The translations under genes and the position numbers were made by a program. A stretch of DNA of 64,000 nucleotides from Pseudomonadota bacterium (lineage in GTDB: Bacteria > Pseudomonadota > Gammaproteobacteria > Burkholderiales > Chitinibacteraceae): assembly GCA_026399755.1 (NCBI GenBank), contig JAPLQI010000110.1:1603-65602 (forward strand), in the 5' to 3' direction. The notes beneath the pieces are model-generated. The model was not told the origin of the DNA and ran no database searches. It saw only the letters and a program-made list of their open reading frames with translations. Positions 20,380 to 29,741 of this stretch are shown here, piece by piece (within the stretch, counting starts at the first letter, position 1; each line of letters starts with the position of its first letter).

Positions 20380-20432
20380 GGGTTACCCCCTCTCCCAAAC
20401 TCCCCCCAGATGACAAGGGACTTTAAAAGCAA

Positions 20433-21476
20433 TCACCCTCTCCCACGCCCTACATCAAAGCCATCCTCGTCCCCAGAGCAACTAAACGAGACTAATTTTT
20501 TGCACCAAGGGCAAAAGCCTTCTTCTGGGCCGTTGATGCACATGAGTTTTCCACAGCCGCAGGCGGCAAAGGCGGTGAAGTTGCCGCAGTGCGGGCAGCC
20601 AGGAGTGCCCATTAAGTCTGCGCTGTTTACCTTTAGATCCATGGCCCGCGGATCAGACCAGATAAAATAATCTTCTTCTAGCGGATAGCAGCCAGCGATC
20701 TCAAAGCGCGTAACTTGCAGCTTAAAATCTTGGGTCGCTACGTTTTGAATCGCTCGGTCATACTTCATCAGATAGGGTTTGCGGGTCTTTTGACAACGCC
20801 CTACCAAGGTGATGCAGGCTTCATCGGCTTGTTTGGAAGGTGGATTTTTGAAAATACGCATCAGGCTGGCGTCGATATTAGCCAGAGATTGTGCATCGCT
20901 CTCGCCCACGCTTTTACTTTGCGCCACCACGGAAGCCGTTACCCAGTTGATAAACTTTTTGAAATCGCCTTCCTGCGTGTCTTCAAACATCATGGCGTTG
21001 TCGGTTAGCCTGCGCAGCGTTTCAAAATCGACCGACTGGCCCAAACCCACCGCAATCAGCGTGGCTTTTTTGGCGTATTTAGCATTCCAGCGATCAATGG
21101 CCGTGTTGGGATTATCCGTTGGGCGACCATCGGTAAAGAGATAGACAATCGGCTTCCAATCCCCTTTGCGATCAGGCGTGGTTTTGACCACGACGCTATC
21201 TAACTCAGCCATCAGCGTTTCTAAAGCCACGCCCAAGCTGGTTCCTCCGCCAAGCGGCAATTTGGGCGGGTAAAAAGAAACCAGCTCAACCAAGGGAGCA
21301 ATGGTTTTGGCCACGCCCGCAAAAGCAATCACCGAGATATAAACAGTTTCTAGGGCGTGAGGATCGGTTCTGAGCGCACGAACAATGGCTTGCAAGCCAT
21401 CTTCCATTTTTTGCAGGCTGTCGCCCACCATCGATTCGGAACAATCCAAAACAAAAAACACCGGCAATCTGCGCAT
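20433..21476 (-). CDS. terY: TerY vWA protein with C-terminal Cys-rich metal-binding (TerY-C) domain
   Basis: MRRLPVFFVLDCSESM, FTDG, CPHCG...CGCG...C...CPWC. Confidence 0.9.
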   Translation of the reverse strand: MRRLPVFFVLDCSESMVGDSLQKMEDGLQAIVRALRTDPHALETVYISVIAFAGVAKTIAPLVELVSFYPPKLPLGGGTSLGVALETLMAELDSVVVKTTPDRKGDWKPIVYLFTDGRPTDNPNTAIDRWNAKYAKKATLIAVGLGQSVDFETLRRLTDNAMMFEDTQEGDFKKFINWVTASVVAQSKSVGESDAQSLANIDASLMRIFKNPPSKQADEACITLVGRCQKTRKPYLMKYDRAIQNVATQDFKLQVTRFEIAGCYPLEEDYFIWSDPRAMDLKVNSADLMGTPGCPHCGNFTAFAACGCGKLMCINGPEEGFCPWCKKLVSFSCSGDEDGFDVGRGRG

Positions 21477-21518
21477 GGTTTTGCTCTTTTAATAACAGGC
21501 CTTACTTCGAGATATATC

Positions 21519-21577
21519 GTAGGGCGGGTGAAACCCGCGTATTTTTCAGCAGTGCTCGCGGGTTGCACCCGCCCTAC
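21519..21577. repeat. REP doublet (REPIN)
   Basis: GTAGGGCGGGTGAAACCCGCG...CGCGGGTTGCACCCGCCCTAC. Confidence 0.9.
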
Positions 21578-21581
21578 AACA

Positions 21582-22220
21582 TTACAGAACCAAATGAATT
21601 TCTGGTGGCGGAGGCGGCAAAGCCACGTCGTTAGCGACGCCCGCGCTGCTGCTGCCTACGGCGACACTGGCGGAAACCCATTTAAAAAATCCTGAAAACG
21701 CCGAGGCATCCAAGGTGTCTAGCGTGACGACACGATCAGTCAGTTCCAGCAAATATTCTTGCTTGGCCTTAGGGCCTGCGGCGCAAGCAATAATGGCCCC
21801 AAACTGACACTGCTTAATCGCTGGGATTGCTTGCCTATAAGCATGCAGATCAGACGGGCTGCCATCGGTCATTAAAAACATCAGCGGCCGCCAGTCGCCT
21901 TTTTCATCCTCACTACTCTTTTGCACATCACGCTCTAGGCACTCAAGCAGCAGCTCCAATGCCGCCCCCATAAAGGTGGCTCCGGCATTCGGGGAACTCA
22001 CATCATGCAGCTGCACATCAGCCAGCGGCGTTAAAGGCAGGTATTCGCGCGCCTCTAAATCAAAAGTAATAATTGATAGCGCCACGCTTTCTAAAGCATA
22101 AGGATCTTGCCGAAGTGCGCTGAGCATGGCTTGCAAGCCCACATTCACCGAATGAATGGGCTCGCCACGCATGGAGCCTGAGGTATCAAGAAGGATGTAA
22201 ACGGGAAGGCGTCTGCTCAT
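21582..22220 (-). CDS. terY: TerY vWA protein
   Basis: RRLPVYILLDTSGSM, DPYALESV, GDWRPLMFLMTDG. Confidence 0.9.
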   Translation of the reverse strand: MSRRLPVYILLDTSGSMRGEPIHSVNVGLQAMLSALRQDPYALESVALSIITFDLEAREYLPLTPLADVQLHDVSSPNAGATFMGAALELLLECLERDVQKSSEDEKGDWRPLMFLMTDGSPSDLHAYRQAIPAIKQCQFGAIIACAAGPKAKQEYLLELTDRVVTLDTLDASAFSGFFKWVSASVAVGSSSAGVANDVALPPPPPEIHLVL

Positions 22221-22247
22221 GATTTTCTCTTAAAGGAAGCGCTGTAA

Positions 22248-22310
22248 CATCATCCCCGAGTTGTAGGGGATCCAGTAAAAATACTGGGGTCCACGCAATG
22301 CGGGAAGGAC
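22248..22310. repeat. CGTC/dRS3-like repeat, degenerate pair
   Basis: ATCCCC-N8-GGGGAT (22252-22271) followed by a decayed second unit ending GCGGGAAGGAC. Confidence 0.6.
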
Positions 22311-22334
22311 TGAACCGAATCAATCAGCGCATCC

Positions 22335-22976
22335 TCAACTGTATTGTTTTAACCACTCAACAAATGAATCTGATTGAGATGGTGCGCCAATTGCATTGAA
22401 TTTCCACCCACCATCTTCACGAATCAATTCTGCAAACAACATGGAACGGCAGTTTTCATACTGAGCACCACCGGATAAATCAAAGCGCACCATTTCTTGG
22501 CCTTTGCCATCTTCGGCACGGATAAAAGCATTTTGCACTTTGCCAAAGCTTTGACCATTTTCGGCTGCATTATAAATTTGCACCACAAATACGACTTTTG
22601 CATATTGTTCCGGCAAATCATTCAGTCTAGCGATCACCTGCTCGTCGTCCCCCTCTCCCACTCCGGTGCGATTGTCCCCGGTCATCCAAATTTGGCCGGA
22701 ATGATGGCGCATAGAATTAAAAAAGATAATATCGCCGCCCACCAAGGTAGAACGCCCCCCTTCGGTACCGCCAAAATTCTGCACCTTGCCATCAGCACCA
22801 CAGAGAAACGCGATCACATCTAAATCGTATTCTTCTTCTTTTTTGCCAAATAAGCCGCCCAAAAACCCCTTTTTTTCCTCCCGAATATCCCAGCCTAGGC
22901 CAATAGTTACCATAGAGAGGTCGTTCTCATTTTTTTTGAGACTGATACCTTGACCTTTTTTCAGAGACAGAGCCAT
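22335..22976 (-). CDS. TerD family protein (TerZ-like insert)
   Basis: GLGWD, KKGFLGGLFG, GDNRTGVGEGDDE. Confidence 0.9.
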   Translation of the reverse strand: MALSLKKGQGISLKKNENDLSMVTIGLGWDIREEKKGFLGGLFGKKEEEYDLDVIAFLCGADGKVQNFGGTEGGRSTLVGGDIIFFNSMRHHSGQIWMTGDNRTGVGEGDDEQVIARLNDLPEQYAKVVFVVQIYNAAENGQSFGKVQNAFIRAEDGKGQEMVRFDLSGGAQYENCRSMLFAELIREDGGWKFNAIGAPSQSDSFVEWLKQYS

Positions 22977-23094
22977 AGAAATTCCTTACAAAGAGCCATT
23001 AACAGGAGGAGAAATACCGAAGAAATAGGCGGCTTGGCTTAAAAGATTTGTTAACTTAACAAAGCAAATCCAAGTAAGCTAAGCCTATGGCGGT

Positions 23095-23673
23095 TTAGCT
23101 TGCAGAAATACCAAACTGTGCACAAAGAGGGCCAAGGCCGCCTGCAAAGCCCTGACCTACTGCTTTGAATTTCCACTCGGCATTATGGCGGTACACTTCA
23201 CCAAAAATCATAGCCGTTTCGGTGCTGTAATCTTCGGATAAATCAAAGCGTACGATTTCTACATTGTTATCCAGATTCACCACGCGCATAAACGCGTCTT
23301 TCACCTGACCAAAGTTTTGCTTGCGTGCCTCAGCATCATGAATGGTGACGCACACGGCTACTCGCATAATCTCTGCAGGCACATTTTCTAAATTGATTTT
23401 TAGCGCTTCATCATCACCGTCGCCAGCACCTGTACGATTGTCGCCAGTGTGCTCAACAGAGCCGCAGCTCGATTTTAATTGGTTGTAAAAAATGAAATCT
23501 GCATCGCCACGTACTTTGCCATTTTCCCCAAGCAAAAAGGCCGTTGCATCTAAGTCAAAAGCCGCGCCATCAGTAGAACGCGCATCCCAACCCAAGCCCA
23601 ACAAAATTGATTTAAGACCTGGCTCTGTTTTAGATAAAGAAAGATTGCCGCCTTTGTTTAATGAAATAGCCAT
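23095..23673 (-). CDS. terD: Tellurium resistance/stress protein TerD
   Basis: [24 protein letters not shown], ends CAQFGISAS; AAAGGA RBS. Confidence 0.9.
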   Translation of the reverse strand: MAISLNKGGNLSLSKTEPGLKSILLGLGWDARSTDGAAFDLDATAFLLGENGKVRGDADFIFYNQLKSSCGSVEHTGDNRTGAGDGDDEALKINLENVPAEIMRVAVCVTIHDAEARKQNFGQVKDAFMRVVNLDNNVEIVRFDLSEDYSTETAMIFGEVYRHNAEWKFKAVGQGFAGGLGPLCAQFGISAS

Positions 23674-23913
23674 TTTTAATCCTTTCTAGTTTAATAAGTA
23701 ACGACTTGATAGAGAAAATCACTGAGACAGATCGACATTAAATCACGCTGCCCCCTGCCTAAGTAAGAAGGAGCCCGATGCCAAAGAGTTCCATTCCACA
23801 GCCTATTCATTCAATACTGCCAACTGCATATTCAATCGTCAATATTTTTACAATAACTGAAATAATAACTAGGGATTATTAACAATAAAAATTACTTCAA
23901 AAGATTAAAAATT

Positions 23914-24810
23914 CTAGTTGAACTGTAAAGTTTGTTCTAAATGATCCAAGAATACCCTTGTTTTAGCCGGCATCAGCCGCCGCTCAGGAAAAACCGCCCA
24001 AGCAGGCACAGCAGGCAAACACCATTCAGGCAAGATGCGCACCAGTTTTCCTTCTTGTAGGTAGGGCTTGGCAAAAGATTCCGTCACCGCTAGCACACCC
24101 AAGCCCTGACACGCCAAGCGCACCAAGAGCTGAGGAGAATTGATACTGAATTTAGCCACCGGCTGAAAATGATGCAGGGTTTTTCCACGTTGCAAAGCCC
24201 AAGGTACAGCACCACCCTGACGGCTAAGTACAGCCAGCGTATCGTGCGCTGCAAGTTGCTCAGGATGTTCGGGCAAACCTCGCAGGGCAATATATTGCGG
24301 CGAGGCATAGAGGCCCGAGCCAAACAAAGCCAGCCGCCGCGCAGAGAGATGAGCATCGCTAGGCAGCTCTCCAATTCTGATCGCCAAATCAAAGCTTTCG
24401 CCCAAGATATCCACCCGACGCGGGGAGAGATCAATTTCTAGCCTAATGAGCGGATAGCGCTGGCTAAAATCAACAAAGAAATCATCCATCGCCCAGCCCC
24501 CCATATCTCCAGGCAAAGAAATTCGCAGCAAGCCGCTTGGCTCTGCCTGCCTGTGCTCAACCAAGGCCACCGCCGCATCCACTTCGCAGGCTATTTGCTG
24601 AGCATGATCCAGCACATGCTGGCCAAACTCGGTAAGCATCAGCTTGCGTGTGCTGCGGGTTAACAGCCGCTCACCCAGTGCCGTTTCCATATTGGCAATT
24701 CGGCGCGACACGGTTGATTTAGGCAGCCCCATGCGCTCGGCTGCGCGGCTAAAGCTGCCGCACTCAACCACTCTGGCAAACAACACTAAATCATTAGCTT
24801 CGATTTTCAT
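23914..24810 (-). CDS. LysR-family regulator
   Basis: N-terminal HTH (GSFSRAAERMGLPKSTVSRRI), RSTRKLMLT; divergent from azoR-pirin. Confidence 0.93.
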   Translation of the reverse strand: MKIEANDLVLFARVVECGSFSRAAERMGLPKSTVSRRIANMETALGERLLTRSTRKLMLTEFGQHVLDHAQQIACEVDAAVALVEHRQAEPSGLLRISLPGDMGGWAMDDFFVDFSQRYPLIRLEIDLSPRRVDILGESFDLAIRIGELPSDAHLSARRLALFGSGLYASPQYIALRGLPEHPEQLAAHDTLAVLSRQGGAVPWALQRGKTLHHFQPVAKFSINSPQLLVRLACQGLGVLAVTESFAKPYLQEGKLVRILPEWCLPAVPAWAVFPERRLMPAKTRVFLDHLEQTLQFN

Positions 24811-24827
24811 TATTCAGGCCCTAAGCC

Positions 24828-24849
24828 ATTGTTCCATCAATGGAACAAT
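24828..24849. promoter_or_regulatory. Probable LysR recognition site
   Basis: Perfect 9-bp inverted repeat ATTGTTCCA-TCAA-TGGAACAAT in the divergent promoter. Confidence 0.7.
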
Positions 24850-24929
24850 ACTATCCATTTTATGGACTTCTGCCCATTTATAGACGGAGTTACATTAGCG
24901 TCATTCCAACGCATTGCAGAGATCAAGCC

Positions 24930-25529
24930 ATGAACATCTTACAAATCAACTCCAGCGCACGTAGCAACGGTGCTTTTTCTACCCAACTGGCCAATGTACT
25001 GGCCGAAAAACTACTCGCAGGCAATGCAGGCTCGAAACTGGTTTTACGTGATTTGGCCATCAACCCACATCCGGTACTGGATGAAGCCACTTTAGGCGCT
25101 TTGATGACCGCCGCTGAAGTGCGCAGCCCAGAGCAAGCCGCCAGCGTTGCCCGTAGCGACGCCTTGATCGCTGAAGTGCAAGCGGCAGACAGCATCATCA
25201 TCGCCGCACCTATGTATAACTTTGGCATTACCGCCCAGCTTAAAAACTGGATAGACGCCATTGCCCGCGCTGGTGTCACCTTTAAATACGGCGCGAATGG
25301 CCCAGAAGGCTTGCTAACAGGCAAGCACGTGTATGTAGTCCTCACCCGTGGCGGTGTGCATCGCGGCACAGCCGGTGACACCATCGCCGACTATATGCGC
25401 ACCGTTTTAGGCTTTTTAGGCATGAGCCGCGTGGAGTTTATCTACGCCGAAGGCCTGAACATGGGCGATGAAATGCAAAGCAAAGGCATCAGCCAAGCCC
25501 ACAGCGAAATCGAACTGGCGATGGCTTGA
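24930..25529 (+). CDS. azoR: FMN-dependent NADH:quinone oxidoreductase / azoreductase
   Basis: PMYNFG, LKNWID, TRGG; start moved to ATG 24930. Confidence 0.9.
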   Translation: MNILQINSSARSNGAFSTQLANVLAEKLLAGNAGSKLVLRDLAINPHPVLDEATLGALMTAAEVRSPEQAASVARSDALIAEVQAADSIIIAAPMYNFGITAQLKNWIDAIARAGVTFKYGANGPEGLLTGKHVYVVLTRGGVHRGTAGDTIADYMRTVLGFLGMSRVEFIYAEGLNMGDEMQSKGISQAHSEIELAMA

Positions 25530-25532
25530 AAA

Positions 25533-25689
25533 GTTCTGTAGACACAGAGAACACAGAGTTAAAAAGCAGAAAATCGTAGGGTGCAATAAGTCTGAGGCTT
25601 TATCCAGACGCATTGCGCCGTATGTGTGCAAACCACCATACGGCGTAATGCAGCCAAGCAAAAAACGCCTGGCTTTATTAGCGCCCTAC
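25533..25689. repeat. Partial CACAGAG repeat plus GTAGGGTGCAAT-type REP pair
   Basis: GACACAGAGAACACAGAG, then GTAGGGTGCAATAAG...GCGCCCTAC. Confidence 0.65.
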
Positions 25690-25739
25690 GAAAAAAGACT
25701 TGGGTTTTGTTTGCACAGTTAAATCAATGGAGATACACC

Positions 25740-26597
25740 ATGAGCACCGAACTTGTAACTCGTCCACGCACTTTGGAAAGAAAAGTACAGGGTCGCCCAG
25801 TGATGGAAGGTGCTGGGGTCAAAATTAACCGTGCGCTGACCCAATCTTTGCAACAAAGACTAGACCCATTTTTAATGCTAGACGCCTTTAAAAGCGACGA
25901 TCCTCAAGACTATCTGGCAGGTTTTCCAGAGCACCCGCACCGAGGCTTTGAAACCGTCACCTATATGATTGCTGGCAAAATGCGCCACAAAGACAGCGCA
26001 GGCCACGAAGGCCTGCTGGAAAACGGCGGCGTGCAATGGATGAGCGCTGCCAGTGGCGTGGTGCACTCCGAAATGCCCGAGCAGGAAAACGGCAGGATGG
26101 AAGGCTTTCAGCTGTGGCTAAACCTGCCCGCTAAGGACAAAATGAGCGCGCCTTGGTATCGGGATTTTAAAACCGTGCCCAGCGTGGTAACAGACGCCGG
26201 TGTAGCCGTGCATGTGATCGCAGGCCAAAGCCACGGCACGCATGGCCTCGTGGAAAAAGCCGCCACCCAAGCGCTGTATTTAGATTTACACCTGCCCGCA
26301 GGCAGTGAATTTACCCAAGCGATTCCTGCTGGGCACAATGCATTTATCTATATTTATCGCGGCGATGTAGAGATTGAAGGCTCTGCGGTAGCCAGCGAGC
26401 AACTGGCCATTTTTGCCAACGAAGAGAGCAGCGACGGCATTCGCATCCAAAGCCCTGCCGCCAGCCGTGTGCTGGTGTTTGCAGGCCAACCACTGAAAGA
26501 GCCCATCGTGCAATACGGCCCGTTTGTGATGAACTCGCAGACAGAAATTTCGCAGGCGGTGGCTGATTTCAGGGCGGGAAAGTTGGGGGCTTTGTAA
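25740..26597 (+). CDS. Pirin family protein
   Basis: DPFLMLD, HPHRGFETVTY, GVVHSE, FQLW; GGAG RBS before ATG 25740. Confidence 0.93.
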   Translation: MSTELVTRPRTLERKVQGRPVMEGAGVKINRALTQSLQQRLDPFLMLDAFKSDDPQDYLAGFPEHPHRGFETVTYMIAGKMRHKDSAGHEGLLENGGVQWMSAASGVVHSEMPEQENGRMEGFQLWLNLPAKDKMSAPWYRDFKTVPSVVTDAGVAVHVIAGQSHGTHGLVEKAATQALYLDLHLPAGSEFTQAIPAGHNAFIYIYRGDVEIEGSAVASEQLAIFANEESSDGIRIQSPAASRVLVFAGQPLKEPIVQYGPFVMNSQTEISQAVADFRAGKLGAL

Positions 26598-26692
26598 AAC
26601 GGTTTGCTACAACGCAAAATATGATTAACTTTCAAGATAGCTGCTAACTAAAATAAGATAGATCAGCATGTGTACAGGCGCATGCTGATTTT

Positions 26693-27241
26693 TTATTGGT
26701 GACGCTCATTACTCACTACTAGCAACATTTGTGCCTGTATCTCTCCCACGCTGCGGGTGCGATGCGGGATGAGCGCATTAAAATACAATGAATCCCCTGC
26801 ACTAAGTTGTACCGTTTCAGTTGGAAACTCAATCTCCACCACGCCTTGGTGAACAAATAAAAACTCTTCCCCTTCATGCTCCACAAAAGCCGAATCCGCA
26901 AAATCTTCTGGCGGATAGAGCATAAAAGGCATCAGCTTCTTAGCCGCCATTGCCAAAGCAAAGCTCTCGTACGCACGGCGTTGCCCCAGCGCCGGATCAC
27001 CCAAACTGCCCCGCTCATCTGCCCGTGTAATACAAACTAATTCCCGGTTATTGATGGCAGAAAATAACTGCTCCACATCGACATTCAGTGCTTTAGATAA
27101 TTTCAAGGCTACCGCAATCGATGGCACGCACACGCCCCGCTCTACTTTAGATAAATAACTTTTAGTCAGCCCCGCTTTCTCTGCCAATGCTTCTAAAGTC
27201 CAGCCGCCCTGCTTCCTGAGTAACTTCAGTCTGATATTCAT
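26693..27241 (-). CDS. XRE-cupin transcriptional regulator (ErfA-like)
   Basis: HTH TLEALAEKAGLTKSYLSKVERG; cupin HEGEEF...GDSLYFNALIPH. Confidence 0.9.
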   Translation of the reverse strand: MNIRLKLLRKQGGWTLEALAEKAGLTKSYLSKVERGVCVPSIAVALKLSKALNVDVEQLFSAINNRELVCITRADERGSLGDPALGQRRAYESFALAMAAKKLMPFMLYPPEDFADSAFVEHEGEEFLFVHQGVVEIEFPTETVQLSAGDSLYFNALIPHRTRSVGEIQAQMLLVVSNERHQ

Positions 27242-27281
27242 AAGTAAATAGTTACATTCTCAAAAAAATCTATTTTAACAT

Positions 27282-27316
27282 ATGACACAAGTGTCTTATT
27301 ATAAACGCCGTGTCAT
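27282..27316. promoter_or_regulatory. Probable operator of the XRE-cupin regulator
   Basis: ATGACAC-AA-GTGTCTT palindrome plus a further GTGTCAT half-site at 27310-27316. Confidence 0.6.
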
Positions 27317-27342
27317 TCAGCACATTACCGCTAGGAGGATCT

Positions 27343-28125
27343 ATGTCAAGCACCTTGCACTTATCTAAAACCGAACTTATCCATATTGCTCAGCAACGCT
27401 TAGATGCGGCAATCATCGATCACCCTTGGAGCGAACGGGAAAAGATCGCTTTAAGCTGCCGCATTTTATTTGACCAAGGCCATGATTCAGGCTTGGCTGG
27501 GCAAATCAGCTGCCGTGCAGAGCAAGAAAACACCTTTTACACTCAGCAATTAGGCTTAGGCTTTGATGAAATAACTCAATCTAACCTGATTCATGTAAAT
27601 CATGATCTGGAAGTCATCAGCGGTAGCGGCATCCCCAATCCGGCAAACCGTTTTCACACTTGGATTTACCGGGAACACCCAGAAGTAAATTGCATTATTC
27701 ATACCCACCCACTCTATGTTGCCGCCCTATCGATGCTGGAGCAGCCGCTGATTATTTCGCACATGGATACCTGCCCGCTCTATAACGATTGCGCCTTTCT
27801 GCCGCAATGGCCGGGTGTACCGGTAGGCAATAGTGAGGGTGAAATTATTTCTCAGGCACTTGGCAATAAACGCGCCATTCTGCTGGCCCACCACGGCCAG
27901 CTGGTAGTGGGCACAACAGTCGAAGAAGCCTGCTATTTAGCCATCCTGATCGAGCGAGCCGCAAAATTACAATTACTCGCCATGGCGGCCGGAGAGGTCA
28001 AACCTCTGCCACCGCAATTAGCAAATGAGGCTCATGACTGGATCTCTACAAAAAAACGTAACTCCGTCAACTTTGATTATTACGCCCGGCGTGCAATCAA
28101 TATGCACCCAAATTGCCTGCTTTGA
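27343..28125 (+). CDS. Class II aldolase/adducin family protein
   Basis: FH...HTH Zn ligands, LAHHG; AGGAGG RBS before ATG 27343. Confidence 0.88.
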   Translation: MSSTLHLSKTELIHIAQQRLDAAIIDHPWSEREKIALSCRILFDQGHDSGLAGQISCRAEQENTFYTQQLGLGFDEITQSNLIHVNHDLEVISGSGIPNPANRFHTWIYREHPEVNCIIHTHPLYVAALSMLEQPLIISHMDTCPLYNDCAFLPQWPGVPVGNSEGEIISQALGNKRAILLAHHGQLVVGTTVEEACYLAILIERAAKLQLLAMAAGEVKPLPPQLANEAHDWISTKKRNSVNFDYYARRAINMHPNCLL

Positions 28126-28167
28126 CTCACAAAGCAAATGACCGTATTTAATATTGGATAACAAATT

Positions 28168-29049
28168 ATGAAACCACTCTTTCACGGCATTATCGCCTAT
28201 CCGGTCACGCCCTTTGCTGAGCACGATGGCAGTGTCGACCTAGCACAACTCACCAAGCTCATCGACAAATTAATTAACGATGGTGTACATGCTATTGCGC
28301 CACTGGGCAGCACTGGTGAGAGCGCATATCTGTCTGATGAAGAATGGGATGCCGTGACCAGCGCCTCCATCAGCGCCGTAGACAAACGCGTACCCATCAT
28401 CGTCGGCATTTCTGACTTAACCACCAAAAACGCGATCCGCCGCGCCAAATATGCCGAGCAAGCCGGTGCTGATGCAGTCATGGTTTTACCCGTCTCCTAC
28501 TGGAAACTCAGTGAAGAAGAAATCATCCGTCACTATTCCAGTATCGGAGCCGCACTCAGTATTCCCATCATGCTCTACAACAATCCAGCCACCAGCGGAA
28601 TCGACTTATCGCCTGAGCTGATTGTGCGCATCAGTAAAGCGGTGAGCAATGTGACCATGGTGAAAGAAAGTACCGGCGATATTCAGCGCATGCATCGCCT
28701 GAATCAATTAAGCAATGGCAGCCTGCCATTTTATAACGGCAGCAACACCTTGGCACTCGCCGCATTAAGTGCAGGGGCAACAGGCTGGTGCACCGCTACC
28801 CCCAACCTGAATGCGGCACTGCCGCTGGCTTTATACAATGCCATCAGCACTGGCGATTTAGCGGCTGCTCGCCAGCACTTTTTCAAACAATTGCCGTTAC
28901 TGCAATTCATCATGAAAGGAGGCTTACCGACCACCATCAAAGCAGGTTTACGCTTACAAGGCTTTGATGCAGGCATACCACGCGCGCCATTGCTGCCACT
29001 TGGGGAAAAAGGCAACGATGAACTACAAATCATCCTGAACGGCATTTAA
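28168..29049 (+). CDS. Dihydrodipicolinate synthase-like (NAL superfamily) aldolase
   Basis: GSTGE, YNNP, Schiff-base VKES. Confidence 0.9.
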   Translation: MKPLFHGIIAYPVTPFAEHDGSVDLAQLTKLIDKLINDGVHAIAPLGSTGESAYLSDEEWDAVTSASISAVDKRVPIIVGISDLTTKNAIRRAKYAEQAGADAVMVLPVSYWKLSEEEIIRHYSSIGAALSIPIMLYNNPATSGIDLSPELIVRISKAVSNVTMVKESTGDIQRMHRLNQLSNGSLPFYNGSNTLALAALSAGATGWCTATPNLNAALPLALYNAISTGDLAAARQHFFKQLPLLQFIMKGGLPTTIKAGLRLQGFDAGIPRAPLLPLGEKGNDELQIILNGI

Positions 29050-29200
29050 CCCGCAGCAAGGACAAATAGGCATCAGCTCTTTCATACGCAACTTAAAGTG
29101 AATGTAAGAGCTGCCCTCGCTCACTGATCAGCCCCAACCAGAGCTGATCACCAAGCACCTGAGCGCCTGCCCTCTTAGCGTTAAAGTGAGTTCCCCCAAG

Positions 29201-29656
29201 CTAACTCCCCCCCATCGCGTCAGCAATACTCGATGTATATCCATTACGCTGAGCGGGCAGCTCAGACGAATATTCAACAAACTCAAACTGAATATCCTCC
29301 CCAAGCATAAAATACGCGCTGTCTCGATACTGATCACTCCCTCCCGCGTGATCGAGCATAAAGCCTGCGTTTTCTAAGTTTTGCATCGTGTCTTTTAAAG
29401 ACGGCACCGCAAAGCCCAGATGCTTCACGCCGACCAGATGTGTTTTCCAACCCGGCGCCTCCCCTATTCCACCACTTTGCAGGGCAATATAGGCAAAATC
29501 ATCGCCGATATGCAGCCAATCGATTTCCGCGCCAAACCAATCCATTTTTCCCCTACCACGGATTTTCCAGTGCGGAATCGCCGTTTGTATAAAACGCACG
29601 GCCCGATCCAGATCGCTCACCGTGATATTTGCATGCTCTAGATACGCTTGTTTCAT
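29201..29656 (-). CDS. VOC (glyoxalase/bleomycin-resistance) family protein
   Basis: LEHANITV, KHLGFAV, FEFVEY; start at ATG 29656. Confidence 0.82.
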   Translation of the reverse strand: MKQAYLEHANITVSDLDRAVRFIQTAIPHWKIRGRGKMDWFGAEIDWLHIGDDFAYIALQSGGIGEAPGWKTHLVGVKHLGFAVPSLKDTMQNLENAGFMLDHAGGSDQYRDSAYFMLGEDIQFEFVEYSSELPAQRNGYTSSIADAMGGS

Positions 29657-29689
29657 GATCTCCACTCCTTAAGATTTAAATGCCATGCC

Positions 29690-29720
29690 ACTATGCAAGT
29701 TAAAGTAAACTTTAAGTCAA
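29690..29720 (-). promoter_or_regulatory. MerR-type (SoxR) promoter with 19-bp spacer
   Basis: Minus strand TTGACT-19 nt-CATAGT with the dyad TAAAGT-TT-ACTTTA in the spacer, pointing at the VOC gene. Confidence 0.8.
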
Positions 29721-29741
29721 GCGTGTTCAGGAGCTTTTTTC

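Noticed and set aside
29085-29112. Second SoxR-like half-site ACTTAAAGT downstream of the DHDPS-like gene
   Set aside because: Only one arm matches, there is no -35 box, and it lies in a hairpin between convergent genes
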